A DNA stretch of 64,000 nt. Source: Planctomycetota bacterium. Its GTDB lineage: Bacteria; Planctomycetota; Planctomycetia; JALXBF01. Shown piece after piece: positions 49,229 through 57,820 of this stretch. Position 1 is the first letter of the stretch. Each line of letters opens with the position of its first letter. The stretch lies in the NCBI GenBank assembly GCA_026981825.1, contig JALSID010000115.1, positions 4,198 through 68,197 on the forward strand. The letters are read 5' to 3'. Position numbers and translations under genes: made by a program. The notes beneath the pieces were generated by a model. It saw nothing but the letters and a program-made list of their open reading frames with translations. It made no database searches and was not told the DNA's origin.

Positions 49229-50641
49229 TTAACGCTCGAGCTGGTTAGGTACCGGCTTGATCGAGGCCTTGTGCTCCTCTGCGACCCGGGTCAGGCGACG
49301 GACGATATCGGGATGCCTCGGGGCCACGTCGAAGTTCTCGCCCGGGTCCACTTCGACGTTGTAGAGCTCCGGTATCTCGTGCACCTCTCTTCGGGGCCCG
49401 ATGCCGTACGATCCCTGCGTTATGAAGTGTGCTTTCCAGGCACCGACCCGCACGGCGTACAGCTCCTCTTGTCGCCAATAGAACACCCGGTCGCGGGGAC
49501 TCTTGTCCATTTTTCCGAGCAGGACCGGGGATAAATCGTAGCCATCCAGCACCCGATCTTTGGGGAGAGGCACGCCGGCCAGGGAGCAGAACGTGGGCAG
49601 TAAGTCCAGCACCGAGCCCATCCCCGTCTGGATCCCGGGGCGGACATGCCCGGGCCACCAGAAGATGCCCGGCACCCGCATCCCGCCTTCGTATGTTGTC
49701 CCCTTACCGTTGCGAAGTAATCCTGCGGATCCGCCGTGCGTGCCGAAGGGAAGCCAGGGACCGTTGTCGGAGGTGAACACCACGAGTGTTTGCTCAGCCA
49801 GGCCCAGCTCTTGAAGCGTCTGCAGGATTGCCCCCACTCCGGCGTCGATCTCTTCGACGGCGTCTCCATACAGGCCTCGTTTACTTCGGCCGAAGAACTG
49901 CTTGCTTGCGAACAGGGGAATATGTGGCATGTTGTGAGCGAGGTACACAAAAAATGGCTGGTGCCGGTGCTTTCGGATGAAGTCGATGGCTCGTGCCACG
50001 TAGCGTCTCGTAATCGTTCGCTGATCGACGGGACGTTCGATGATGCTCGTTCCGTCCAGCAGCGGCACGTTGAACTGTTGGAATGGGGCCATGTAGTGCG
50101 GATCCATGAGCGCCCGCTGACGGTAGTTCGGAAAACCTTTCCTGGCGTCCATGTCGTTCGAGTATGGGATCCCGTAGTAGTAGTCGAAACCATGCGCTGT
50201 GGGGAGGTACGGGGGCAAGTGTCCGAGATGCCATTTGCCAATCGCAGCCGTCGCGTATCCTGCCCCCTTTAGAAGCTCTGCAATTGTCACCTCTTCGGCG
50301 GGCAGTCCCCCTTTAGAGTCCGGGAACAAGACGCGACGACGGTCGGACATCATACCGCTACGGACCGGCACTCGCCCGGTAAGTAATGCCGCCCGACTGG
50401 GCGTGCAGACGGGGGCACCACAGTAGAAGCTCGTCCACTTTTGCCCTTCCGCGGCCATCTGGTCCAGATGAGGTGTACGGATGGTGGGGTGACCATAACA
50501 GCCAAGGTCGCCATAGCCCAGGTCGTCGCAGAAGATGACCACGAAGTTCGGTCTTTCCGCTGCCGGCGAGCGGTTCGGTGCACCAATTGCCAGCACTAGC
50601 CCGGCTACAGCCAACCATACGCGACCAGTTGTTCGCTTCAT
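49229..50641 (-). CDS. Secreted arylsulfatase (formylglycine-dependent sulfatase family)
   Basis: Signal peptide MKRTTGRVWLAVAGLVLAIGA. PNFVVIFCDDLGYGDLGCYG. CTPSRAALLTGR (the C-x-P-x-R formylglycine motif). Downstream GKWHLG. Confidence 0.9.
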   Translation of the reverse strand: MKRTTGRVWLAVAGLVLAIGAPNRSPAAERPNFVVIFCDDLGYGDLGCYGHPTIRTPHLDQMAAEGQKWTSFYCGAPVCTPSRAALLTGRVPVRSGMMSDRRRVLFPDSKGGLPAEEVTIAELLKGAGYATAAIGKWHLGHLPPYLPTAHGFDYYYGIPYSNDMDARKGFPNYRQRALMDPHYMAPFQQFNVPLLDGTSIIERPVDQRTITRRYVARAIDFIRKHRHQPFFVYLAHNMPHIPLFASKQFFGRSKRGLYGDAVEEIDAGVGAILQTLQELGLAEQTLVVFTSDNGPWLPFGTHGGSAGLLRNGKGTTYEGGMRVPGIFWWPGHVRPGIQTGMGSVLDLLPTFCSLAGVPLPKDRVLDGYDLSPVLLGKMDKSPRDRVFYWRQEELYAVRVGAWKAHFITQGSYGIGPRREVHEIPELYNVEVDPGENFDVAPRHPDIVRRLTRVAEEHKASIKPVPNQLER

Positions 50642-51305
50642 GGGTGCTTCCTTCCCAAGCTCCGTCATAACTGGGAGTAGCCGCCGCCCGAAACCGCGCC
50701 TTAGCTATGACGGCTCCTCCCTCACGCGGTGGCCGCACCGCGGTGTCTCGCAAACCAAGCCTCGCCGCCCGTGTCCCCACCGGACGGCGCTTCCACTGGT
50801 CTATCGCCAGACCAATGGTAGCACGGCCTGGCCAGGGCACGGTCCCCGAGCGCAAACGAAACCGACCCCGCGCGGCCGCACGGCGGCCGGGACCGTCAAG
50901 GAAGATCGGACTTCCCGTCACGCCGCGCATAGACCTGCAGCGCTCCCCTATTGCTGGCTGCGCAGCAGATGGCCGCTGCGAGCTCGGCGAGTCAAACTGA
51001 TCGGGCCGATGATGGTTTGCCGCTATCCGGAAGGTGGTTTCGGTCGATCACCGCGACGTCCCCGCGGCGGTTCCGGTCCGCCACCACCCACGCCGGCCAA
51101 GCCCTGCGGCGAACCCGCGGGCGGATCACACTACCGATGTTCCGCCGCCGGAGCAGAAGACTTCGCCGCCCACCCCGAGCCGTCCCCGCTCGCTTTTGCA
51201 AGCGTTTGCGGATCGCGGAAGCGCCGGGAGATGGAGAGCGCCCGTCCGCAGGACACCATCGCCGCTGGCAACCGCACCGCGACGTCGCCTACGCCGACAC
51301 TCAGC

Positions 51306-51737
51306 CTACCAGCGCCAGATGTCGACCCCTCCGAAGACGTTGGGGCGTGTGCTGAACAGCGGCCGCGCGCCGCGATAGGCATCCTGCCCACCGAAGATGT
51401 TCCTGCGCGTGCTGAATAGCGGACTGCTTCCCCGGTACACGTCGTATCCACGGAAGATGTTCGGCCTGGTGCTGAACAGCGGCCGCACACCCCGGTAGGC
51501 GTCCTGGCCACCAAAAATGTTCCGCCGCGTGCTGTAAAGCAGTCGCCCGCCACGATAAACATCGAAGCCACCAAAGATGTTGGGCCGGGTGCTGTAGAGG
51601 AGACGGCTTCCCTGGTAGACGTCCACCCCGCCGAACACGTTCGGTCGCGAAGATGTGAACTGGGCAAACGACTGTTCCGAGGAGGCAACAAAGAACGCCA
51701 CCGTCAACGCTGCAGGTGCTACCCATCTGGCGAGCAT
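51306..51737 (-). CDS. Small secreted protein (about 143 aa) made of six tandem 18-aa repeats (consensus STRPNIFGGxDVYRGxRLLY)
   Basis: Signal peptide MLARWVAPAALTVAFFVASSEQSFAQ. Then repeats ...SSRPNVFGGVDVYQGSRLLY/STRPNIFGGFDVYRGGRLLY/STRRNIFGGQDAYRGVRPLF/STRPNIFRGYDVYRGSSPLF/STRRNIFGGQDAYRGARPLF/STRPNVFGGVDIWRW. 54-nt periodicity is visible in the DNA at 51320-51660. Confidence 0.6.
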   Translation of the reverse strand: MLARWVAPAALTVAFFVASSEQSFAQFTSSRPNVFGGVDVYQGSRLLYSTRPNIFGGFDVYRGGRLLYSTRRNIFGGQDAYRGVRPLFSTRPNIFRGYDVYRGSSPLFSTRRNIFGGQDAYRGARPLFSTRPNVFGGVDIWRW

Positions 51738-52230
51738 GACTTGCCCTCCACTCTCGCGTGAACCTCGCTTCAAACCGCGCCCAAGACGGGCCCTCTCATT
51801 AGAGCTATACCGGTGACCGGTTGGATTTCGGACACCCGAAACGACCTGGCCTTTCTCAGGAAAAGCCGGCTTGCAACCTCCGCCGAATGCGTTACATTCC
51901 CCACGGCCAGCTCGCGCGCCGTCAGCGTGTGTGCGCGATTATAGCCGAATCCTCAACGGCAGCGCAGACCATCGCACCGCTTCGCCGCAACGGTCCGGTC
52001 CCTCTGGGCGCGGCCAGCCGCGGTCCGGCTACGAGGGTTCTCGCTCTGATGCCCGGCGTGGTCCGGAGCCGGTCTCGACCTACTATCCCGATCTCGCGAC
52101 GAGGACCTTTTCGGCTCGCTGCGGTGCCGTTGACCGATCCGGTCATGGCCAGTAGCCTGGCAGCAACGCAGCTCACGGCAGATCGCCGCTGCAGGAATTC
52201 CCGTTAGGTGAGCGACGAGCAGGAAGCAGT

Positions 52231-53286
52231 ATGGAGACAGGACGACCACGCCGGTTGCATGTGCGGCACGAGGGAAACCGCGAGCACCTTGAGTACGCAC
52301 GGCAGGTGCTCGAAACCGAAGCCGCCGCTCTGCGAACCGTCCGGGATCGGCTGGACGAATCGTTCGCAGCGGCGGTGAATCTTTTGCTCACTTGCAAGGG
52401 ATCGGTCATTGTGACCGGCATGGGGAAAGCCGGCATTGTGGGCCAGAAGCTAGCCGCGACCCTTGCTTCCACCGGTACACGGGCGCATCCGTTGCATCCG
52501 GCCGAAGCGGTGCACGGTGACCTGGGCCGGATCGGTGCCGAGGACATCGTGCTTGCCCTGTCGTACAGTGGCGAAACCGAGGAGGTGGTGCGTCTTGTGG
52601 ATCCTGTGCGGCAGATCGGGGCGAAGCTGATCGCGATCACGGGCCGGGGCCAGTCCACCCTGGCGTGCGCCGCCGACGTAGCGATCGTGCTCGGCCCGCT
52701 CAACGAAGCCTGCCCCCTTGGGCTGGCGCCGAGCACATCCACCACCGCGATGATGGCTGTAGGCGATGCCCTTGCCTTCGCCGTTAGCAAGGCGCGGCGG
52801 TTTGAACCAGAACAGTTCGCCGCGTTTCACCCTGCGGGCAGCCTCGGGAAACTATCCCAGTCGGTTCGAAACCTGATGCGGGTTGGAACTGAGGTGCGGT
52901 TGGCCCACACGGGACGAACCGTGCGCGAGGCGCTGATCGAAGCCCACCGGCCCGGCCGCCGTACCGGCGCAATGCTGATTGTCGACGAACGCGGCGTGCT
53001 GCAGGGCATCTTCACCGATGGCGACCTGGTTCGGCTGCTCGGACGAACCGACCTGGACGATCCGCTTGAGCTTCCGATCGAGCACGTGATGACCAGGAAT
53101 CCGGCGACGATCGGGGAATCGGCCACCGTGCGCGAGGCGGTGGAACGGCTGTCACGGGGGAAGTTCAGCCAGTTGCCCGTTCTCGATGAACACGGCCGCC
53201 CGATAGGCATTCTTGACATCACCGACGTGATCACGCTCATCCCAGACCTGGACCGTGAGCAAGACTCGACGGCCAAAGCTGCCTGA
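52231..53286 (+). CDS. kdsD: Arabinose-5-phosphate isomerase (SIS domain plus tandem CBS domains), KdsD/KpsF/GutQ family
   Basis: SIS motif VIVTGMGKAGIVGQKLAATLASTGT and C-terminal CBS pair; followed 15 nt later by kdsC. Confidence 0.85.
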   Translation: METGRPRRLHVRHEGNREHLEYARQVLETEAAALRTVRDRLDESFAAAVNLLLTCKGSVIVTGMGKAGIVGQKLAATLASTGTRAHPLHPAEAVHGDLGRIGAEDIVLALSYSGETEEVVRLVDPVRQIGAKLIAITGRGQSTLACAADVAIVLGPLNEACPLGLAPSTSTTAMMAVGDALAFAVSKARRFEPEQFAAFHPAGSLGKLSQSVRNLMRVGTEVRLAHTGRTVREALIEAHRPGRRTGAMLIVDERGVLQGIFTDGDLVRLLGRTDLDDPLELPIEHVMTRNPATIGESATVREAVERLSRGKFSQLPVLDEHGRPIGILDITDVITLIPDLDREQDSTAKAA

Positions 53287-53300
53287 ACGGGGACCGACTC

Positions 53301-53834
53301 ATGGCGGCGGACGAGAAGGAACTGCTCGAAAAAGCGCGGGCAATCGAGCTGCTGGTCCTCGACGTGGACGGGGTCTTGACCACAGGCGACATTCTCGTAG
53401 GCGACGACGGCCGCGAGTGGAAACAGTTCTACGTGCGTGACGGGGCCGCTCTGGCCTACTGGCACCGTATGGGCAAGAAGTCCGCGATTCTGAGCGGACG
53501 GATCAGCGAGGCCGTGTACCACCGGGCAGCCGAGCTAGGCGTCCACGAAGTGGTGCAAGGTCGGCTTGACAAGGGACGGGCAGTCGAAGAACTTGCCACA
53601 AGGATGGGCGTACCGCTGGAGCGGGTCTGCTTCATCGGGGATGACCTGGCCGACCTGAGCGCGCTGGCCCGAGTGGGCCTGGCCGCGGCCGTGGCCGATG
53701 CGGTAGCGGAGGTGAAAAGCAAAGCAGATTATGTCACAGAACTGCCGGGAGGGAAAGGAGCAGTCCGGGAACTGGTCGAGTTCCTGCTTCGTACCCAGGG
53801 GGTCTGGGAACAGGTGCTTGAGATCTACGACTAG
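53301..53834 (+). CDS. kdsC: 3-deoxy-D-manno-octulosonate 8-phosphate phosphatase (HAD superfamily, KdsC)
   Basis: HAD motif I LVLDVDGVLTTGD, about 177 aa, typical KdsC size and synteny after kdsD. Confidence 0.8.
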   Translation: MAADEKELLEKARAIELLVLDVDGVLTTGDILVGDDGREWKQFYVRDGAALAYWHRMGKKSAILSGRISEAVYHRAAELGVHEVVQGRLDKGRAVEELATRMGVPLERVCFIGDDLADLSALARVGLAAAVADAVAEVKSKADYVTELPGGKGAVRELVEFLLRTQGVWEQVLEIYD

Positions 53835-53890
53835 GTCACGAGGCCCCACGTACCGCACGTAGGGAAACCATCGAAGGAGTTGCAACTGTC

Positions 53891-56800
53891 GTGGTCCGTC
53901 GCGTCGTCACGGCAGCCATTGCATTCACCGCCCTGATGTTTTTGTACGCCCTCTACCTCGCGGCGTTCCGCCGCTTCTGGGCGCTGCAAAAACTGCCCAC
54001 CGACCTTCTGCCCCCTACGAGCGCACCTCGGTACACGGATCTGGTCAACACCAAGGAAGACATCGCCACCGAGGTGGCCGCAGAGGTCTTCGGTGGTGAC
54101 GCCTGGCAAACGCGGGCAGTGATTAGCCTGTACTGGGCCGAACAGGGGTTCTTTCTGTATGCGAACGAGTACGCGTTCCCGACCAAACAGAGCATGACCC
54201 TGGCACCGGTCAGTGTCGTGCGGAAACGCACGCTCGAGGGGGGTCACGTGGAGTATCTTGTGCTGCAGGCGGAAAAGGCATCGATTACGTTTGATCGGCC
54301 CATCAGCCTAACCGACTTTTCAGCCGCTCGCCCGGTCCGGGCGCAGGCGTCCGGTAACGTGGTCGTCGGCTGGAACCGCGGCACGCCGGACGAAAACGAC
54401 GACGTGACTGCTTATCTGACCGACCTGGTCTTCGACCGCAATCGCAAGCTTGTCTGGACATCGGGCGAGCTCAGGGTGACGAGCGACACGATGTCGCTCA
54501 ACGGCCACGGGGGGCGGATCACGCTCCGCGGCGGGCAAGACGGCCGGCTGGAAGTGGAATCCCTGCAGGTAAGCCGACAAGTACGCGTGGAAGGGCTTCT
54601 CAGCGATCGAAACCGCAGCCTGCTCGTAGCCACCGAAAGAGGTGGCTCGCGTTCCAAACCCAGCAAGGGGGGCAGAGAACAGTATCTGGCGATCGAGTGT
54701 CGTGGGCCACTTGTTCTCGATGCCGCTGGTCTGCAGGCGATCTTCCACAGGGACGTGGTCGTCACGGTTCAAACTCCTGGGCTATCACCTGACGTAGTGC
54801 GAGCCGATGAGCTCCGGCTAGCATTTGCGCGCGTGACCGAACCATCGGAAGGTTCGGCTGCGGCGGTCTCGAACCGGCTTACGTTGAAGCTTGCTGAGGC
54901 GGTCGGTCAGCCGGTGGTGGTCAGTTCCCCCACACGTCGTCTGACGGCCAGCGCGACCAACATGGCCTACGACATGACCACGCGGGTGCTCAGCCTTGAG
55001 TCGCCTTCGGGAGTGCAGGCGTCCTATGGGGCGCTGGACATTCGCGTTGCTCGGCTCAGACTGCAGATTGGCAGCCCAGGCGCGTTGCAGGGGGAAGCCC
55101 CGGGTCCTGGAGAACTGGTGGGAAAAGGGAAAGCGGGCGCGGATTCAGAGGGAATCCGCGCCTCCTGGCAAGAAAGCGCCCGCCTTGAGCTTGTGGACGG
55201 ACGACATGTCGTCACGCTCACGGGCAATGTGCGGGTCGAGCAGCCCGGGCGTGGCGAGATGGTGGCCCAGCGATCGGTCCGGCTCTGGTTCAACGGTTCG
55301 GCGAAGCCTACCGCGGAGAAGAGTTTTTCCCTTCCTGAGCGGATCGAAGCGACCGGCGGTGTGGTTCTCACCTCCGACGATTTGGTCTTGCGCACGGAAC
55401 TCCTGATCGCTCGTTTTACACCGGCCAAACGAAGGGACTCAGACGCCCCCGAAAAAAATTCCCATGAGGACGCGCGTGCCAGCCCCGAGTCTGCGAGTCC
55501 GAGCTTCGTCTTCTGCCAGGACGTGGAACGGGGGCCGGTGATCAGGATCCGGGCCGTTACGCCGGCTGTTTCACCGGCAGATTCCGAAGTACCCCCCGGA
55601 CCGGCCGACGGTACACCGCCTGATGGAGGCGAAGAGCACCACCGGCCCGGCCGCCGGATCGAGATCACAGCGGGCCGCATCCGCGCCGATATCGAGGCCG
55701 GCCCTGAGAAATTCGTAGCTCGCGAAATGTGGGCAGACGAGGCCGTATCAATCGTGGAGCGGCTCTCCGAAGAACAGTCCGGCCTCACCATACACGGCGA
55801 CAATGTACACGCCCGCGGGCTCGACGGTAGCTACTTCTTCGAAATCACCGGCCAGCCTGCCCTGGTGAGCACCGACACCCTGACGCTCCACGGCAAGCTC
55901 ATCGGCCTCGATCAGGCAACGCAGGTCGCCTGGGTACGGGGGGAAGGCAACGCTGTCTTCCGCACCGATGTTGCCCTTTCCCTGGACGAACAGGCCGGCG
56001 GGAACGTGCAGATCGTCTGGTCCCGCGACATGTTCTTCGATGGCCTGGTGGCGGAGTTCACGGGCGCGGTCCGGGTGGAACAGGGTCAGACGGTGCTCAC
56101 CTGCGAGCGGCTCGAGGCGCACTTGAGCGAACGGATCCAGCTCGCACGCCGGCCCCAGCAGGCTGCCCCCCCAATCCTCGCCCGGCTCATCGCCACAGGA
56201 GCAGTAGAACTACGTCGCCAGAGCGATCAGGGCATTACGAGGATCGAAGGCCCCCGCGTCGTCTATTCACGTCAGGACAATAAGATCGTCGTGGCCGGCC
56301 CAGGCCGGTTCTGGTCCAGCGGCAGGGGGTCGCCGGCAGTCCTTCGTCCCGCCGCTCCGCCCCCCCAGGATCCGCGCTGGAAGGGTACTCTGGTGCTGTT
56401 CGATCGGCTCATGGACGTCGACCAGGACAAAGGCCTGGTCCGCTTCGTCGGCCGCGTGCGTGTGTGGCACGCGCCGATCGATGGTCCGGATCGCGAGTTC
56501 TCCCATGCGGCACCACCGTCCGAGGCCATGTTCGTCGGCTGTGACCAACTCGAGCTGCTCACGACCAAAACCACCGGAGTGGCGTCCGTAGGCGAGACGG
56601 GCTCGATCCAGAAGCTCATCGCGCGTGGCAATGCCAAGATCCATGGCCAGGGCTTCTACGCTTACGCCGATGTCCTCAAATACGACACCACGGGCGGCGA
56701 AGAAAAGATCATCGCCGAGGCGAGCGAAACCGGTTTTGCTACCTTCTACCGCCAAACCGTCCCCGGACGCCGCCCCGACGTGCTACGCGCCCGAAAGATC

Positions 56801-56896
56801 ACCTACTGGCCCGTCACGGGGGAGTTCCGCCAGGAAGGTGGCATCATGCTAAATGTCCGGGAAAACGGCCCCCTCCGCCAACGAACCCGCCGCTGA
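53891..56896 (+). CDS. 1001-aa membrane-anchored protein, candidate expanded LptC/LptA (OstA-N-like) lipopolysaccharide transport protein
   Basis: N-terminal TM anchor (VVTAAIAFTALMFLYALYLAAF). Recurrent LptA-like '(T)GNV/GNA...' beta-jellyroll blocks (LTGNVRVEQPG, GEGNAVFRTD, ARGNAKIHGQGFYAYAD). Position immediately after kdsD-kdsC matches the conserved kdsD-kdsC-lptC-lptA order. The family assignment is an inference. Confidence 0.4.
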   Translation: MVRRVVTAAIAFTALMFLYALYLAAFRRFWALQKLPTDLLPPTSAPRYTDLVNTKEDIATEVAAEVFGGDAWQTRAVISLYWAEQGFFLYANEYAFPTKQSMTLAPVSVVRKRTLEGGHVEYLVLQAEKASITFDRPISLTDFSAARPVRAQASGNVVVGWNRGTPDENDDVTAYLTDLVFDRNRKLVWTSGELRVTSDTMSLNGHGGRITLRGGQDGRLEVESLQVSRQVRVEGLLSDRNRSLLVATERGGSRSKPSKGGREQYLAIECRGPLVLDAAGLQAIFHRDVVVTVQTPGLSPDVVRADELRLAFARVTEPSEGSAAAVSNRLTLKLAEAVGQPVVVSSPTRRLTASATNMAYDMTTRVLSLESPSGVQASYGALDIRVARLRLQIGSPGALQGEAPGPGELVGKGKAGADSEGIRASWQESARLELVDGRHVVTLTGNVRVEQPGRGEMVAQRSVRLWFNGSAKPTAEKSFSLPERIEATGGVVLTSDDLVLRTELLIARFTPAKRRDSDAPEKNSHEDARASPESASPSFVFCQDVERGPVIRIRAVTPAVSPADSEVPPGPADGTPPDGGEEHHRPGRRIEITAGRIRADIEAGPEKFVAREMWADEAVSIVERLSEEQSGLTIHGDNVHARGLDGSYFFEITGQPALVSTDTLTLHGKLIGLDQATQVAWVRGEGNAVFRTDVALSLDEQAGGNVQIVWSRDMFFDGLVAEFTGAVRVEQGQTVLTCERLEAHLSERIQLARRPQQAAPPILARLIATGAVELRRQSDQGITRIEGPRVVYSRQDNKIVVAGPGRFWSSGRGSPAVLRPAAPPPQDPRWKGTLVLFDRLMDVDQDKGLVRFVGRVRVWHAPIDGPDREFSHAAPPSEAMFVGCDQLELLTTKTTGVASVGETGSIQKLIARGNAKIHGQGFYAYADVLKYDTTGGEEKIIAEASETGFATFYRQTVPGRRPDVLRARKITYWPVTGEFRQEGGIMLNVRENGPLRQRTRR

Positions 56897-57059
56897 TTCT
56901 GCAAGAGCGTGCTCCATCCGCACAACCCGGTCCCCTGCTTATCAAGTGCCCGTCATCGTCAGCCCAGTACCACTGCGGTGCACGCGCTTTTCGGATAGCC
57001 TCCAACCAGCAGCCCCGGTGAACACCAGATCACCTGGTCGAACCGTTCCGTGGTCGAGG

Positions 57060-57815
57060 TTACTCTGCCTCTCCACCCGGCAGCGGCCGCAGCTCGTTAC
57101 TCCGCAGAGCGAGCACCGTGCTCCTCAGCAAGGCCGCCAATTTCGCGCGCGCCAGGCCGAACAGGTCTTCCACAGGCGCCGAGACTACCTCCCACTGATG
57201 GGGGACACCGATCGCGACCAGCTTGTCATGCAACCGCTCGATCCCCCGGAACCAGGTCGCATCGTCCCGGTTGGCCAGCAGGCTGATCGCAAGAGGCCGG
57301 TTTAGGGGGTTAATCCAGAGCGTTGCGGTCAACTGCCGCGCGCTCTCGACATCCGGAAACACCCGCTGGAGCAGTTCATCCTCCCAATAGCGCTGGTGAA
57401 AATCGATCCAGGGCTGCACGGCAGCAACCCCGGCGAACCGCCGGGGATGGCGGAAGGCGATTCGCAAGGCACCCTGACCGCCCGTGCCAACCCCGCTCAG
57501 CACGACCTGAGCGGGCCGATACCGCTCGTGCAGCCAATCAAAGACGGCTTCGGCCACCCACGCGTCCGGCGTGAGCTGCGCGTCGAATTCTTCCACCTGC
57601 CGGTGGAGCCACCACGTACCCCGGGCCTCCAGCAGAACCACGGGACAGCGCAGTTGCTCAGCTTCCTCCTCGATCAGCTCTGCGCACGCAAACGGCTCGA
57701 ACAAATCGTGCCCCAAACACACAATCGCGGTGTCCCCCACCGCCTGCGGCTTATACACCAGCGTTTGATGGCCGACAACGCGATGCTCCTGCCAGCGATC
57801 GGACGGCACGTGCAC
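57060..57815 (-). CDS. Esterase D / 'putative esterase' family alpha/beta-hydrolase homolog with the nucleophile Ser replaced by Gly (GVGTGG in place of GHSMGG)
   Basis: LSGVGTGGQGALRIAFRHPRRFAGVAAVQP aligns to the esterase-D consensus ..AGHSMGGHGAL.IAL.NP..F..V.A..P with a Ser-to-Gly change. It starts 5 nt after the stop of the upstream giant gene, on the same strand. Confidence 0.55.
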   Translation of the reverse strand: MHVPSDRWQEHRVVGHQTLVYKPQAVGDTAIVCLGHDLFEPFACAELIEEEAEQLRCPVVLLEARGTWWLHRQVEEFDAQLTPDAWVAEAVFDWLHERYRPAQVVLSGVGTGGQGALRIAFRHPRRFAGVAAVQPWIDFHQRYWEDELLQRVFPDVESARQLTATLWINPLNRPLAISLLANRDDATWFRGIERLHDKLVAIGVPHQWEVVSAPVEDLFGLARAKLAALLRSTVLALRSNELRPLPGGEAE

Positions 57816-57820
57816 CTCCT

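Noticed and set aside
51320-51660. 54-nt periodic DNA repeats that could be mistaken for a CRISPR-like or tandem-repeat array
   Set aside because: The repeats are contiguous with no spacers, keep an open reading frame and encode an 18-aa peptide repeat after a signal peptide. This is a coding tandem repeat, not CRISPR.
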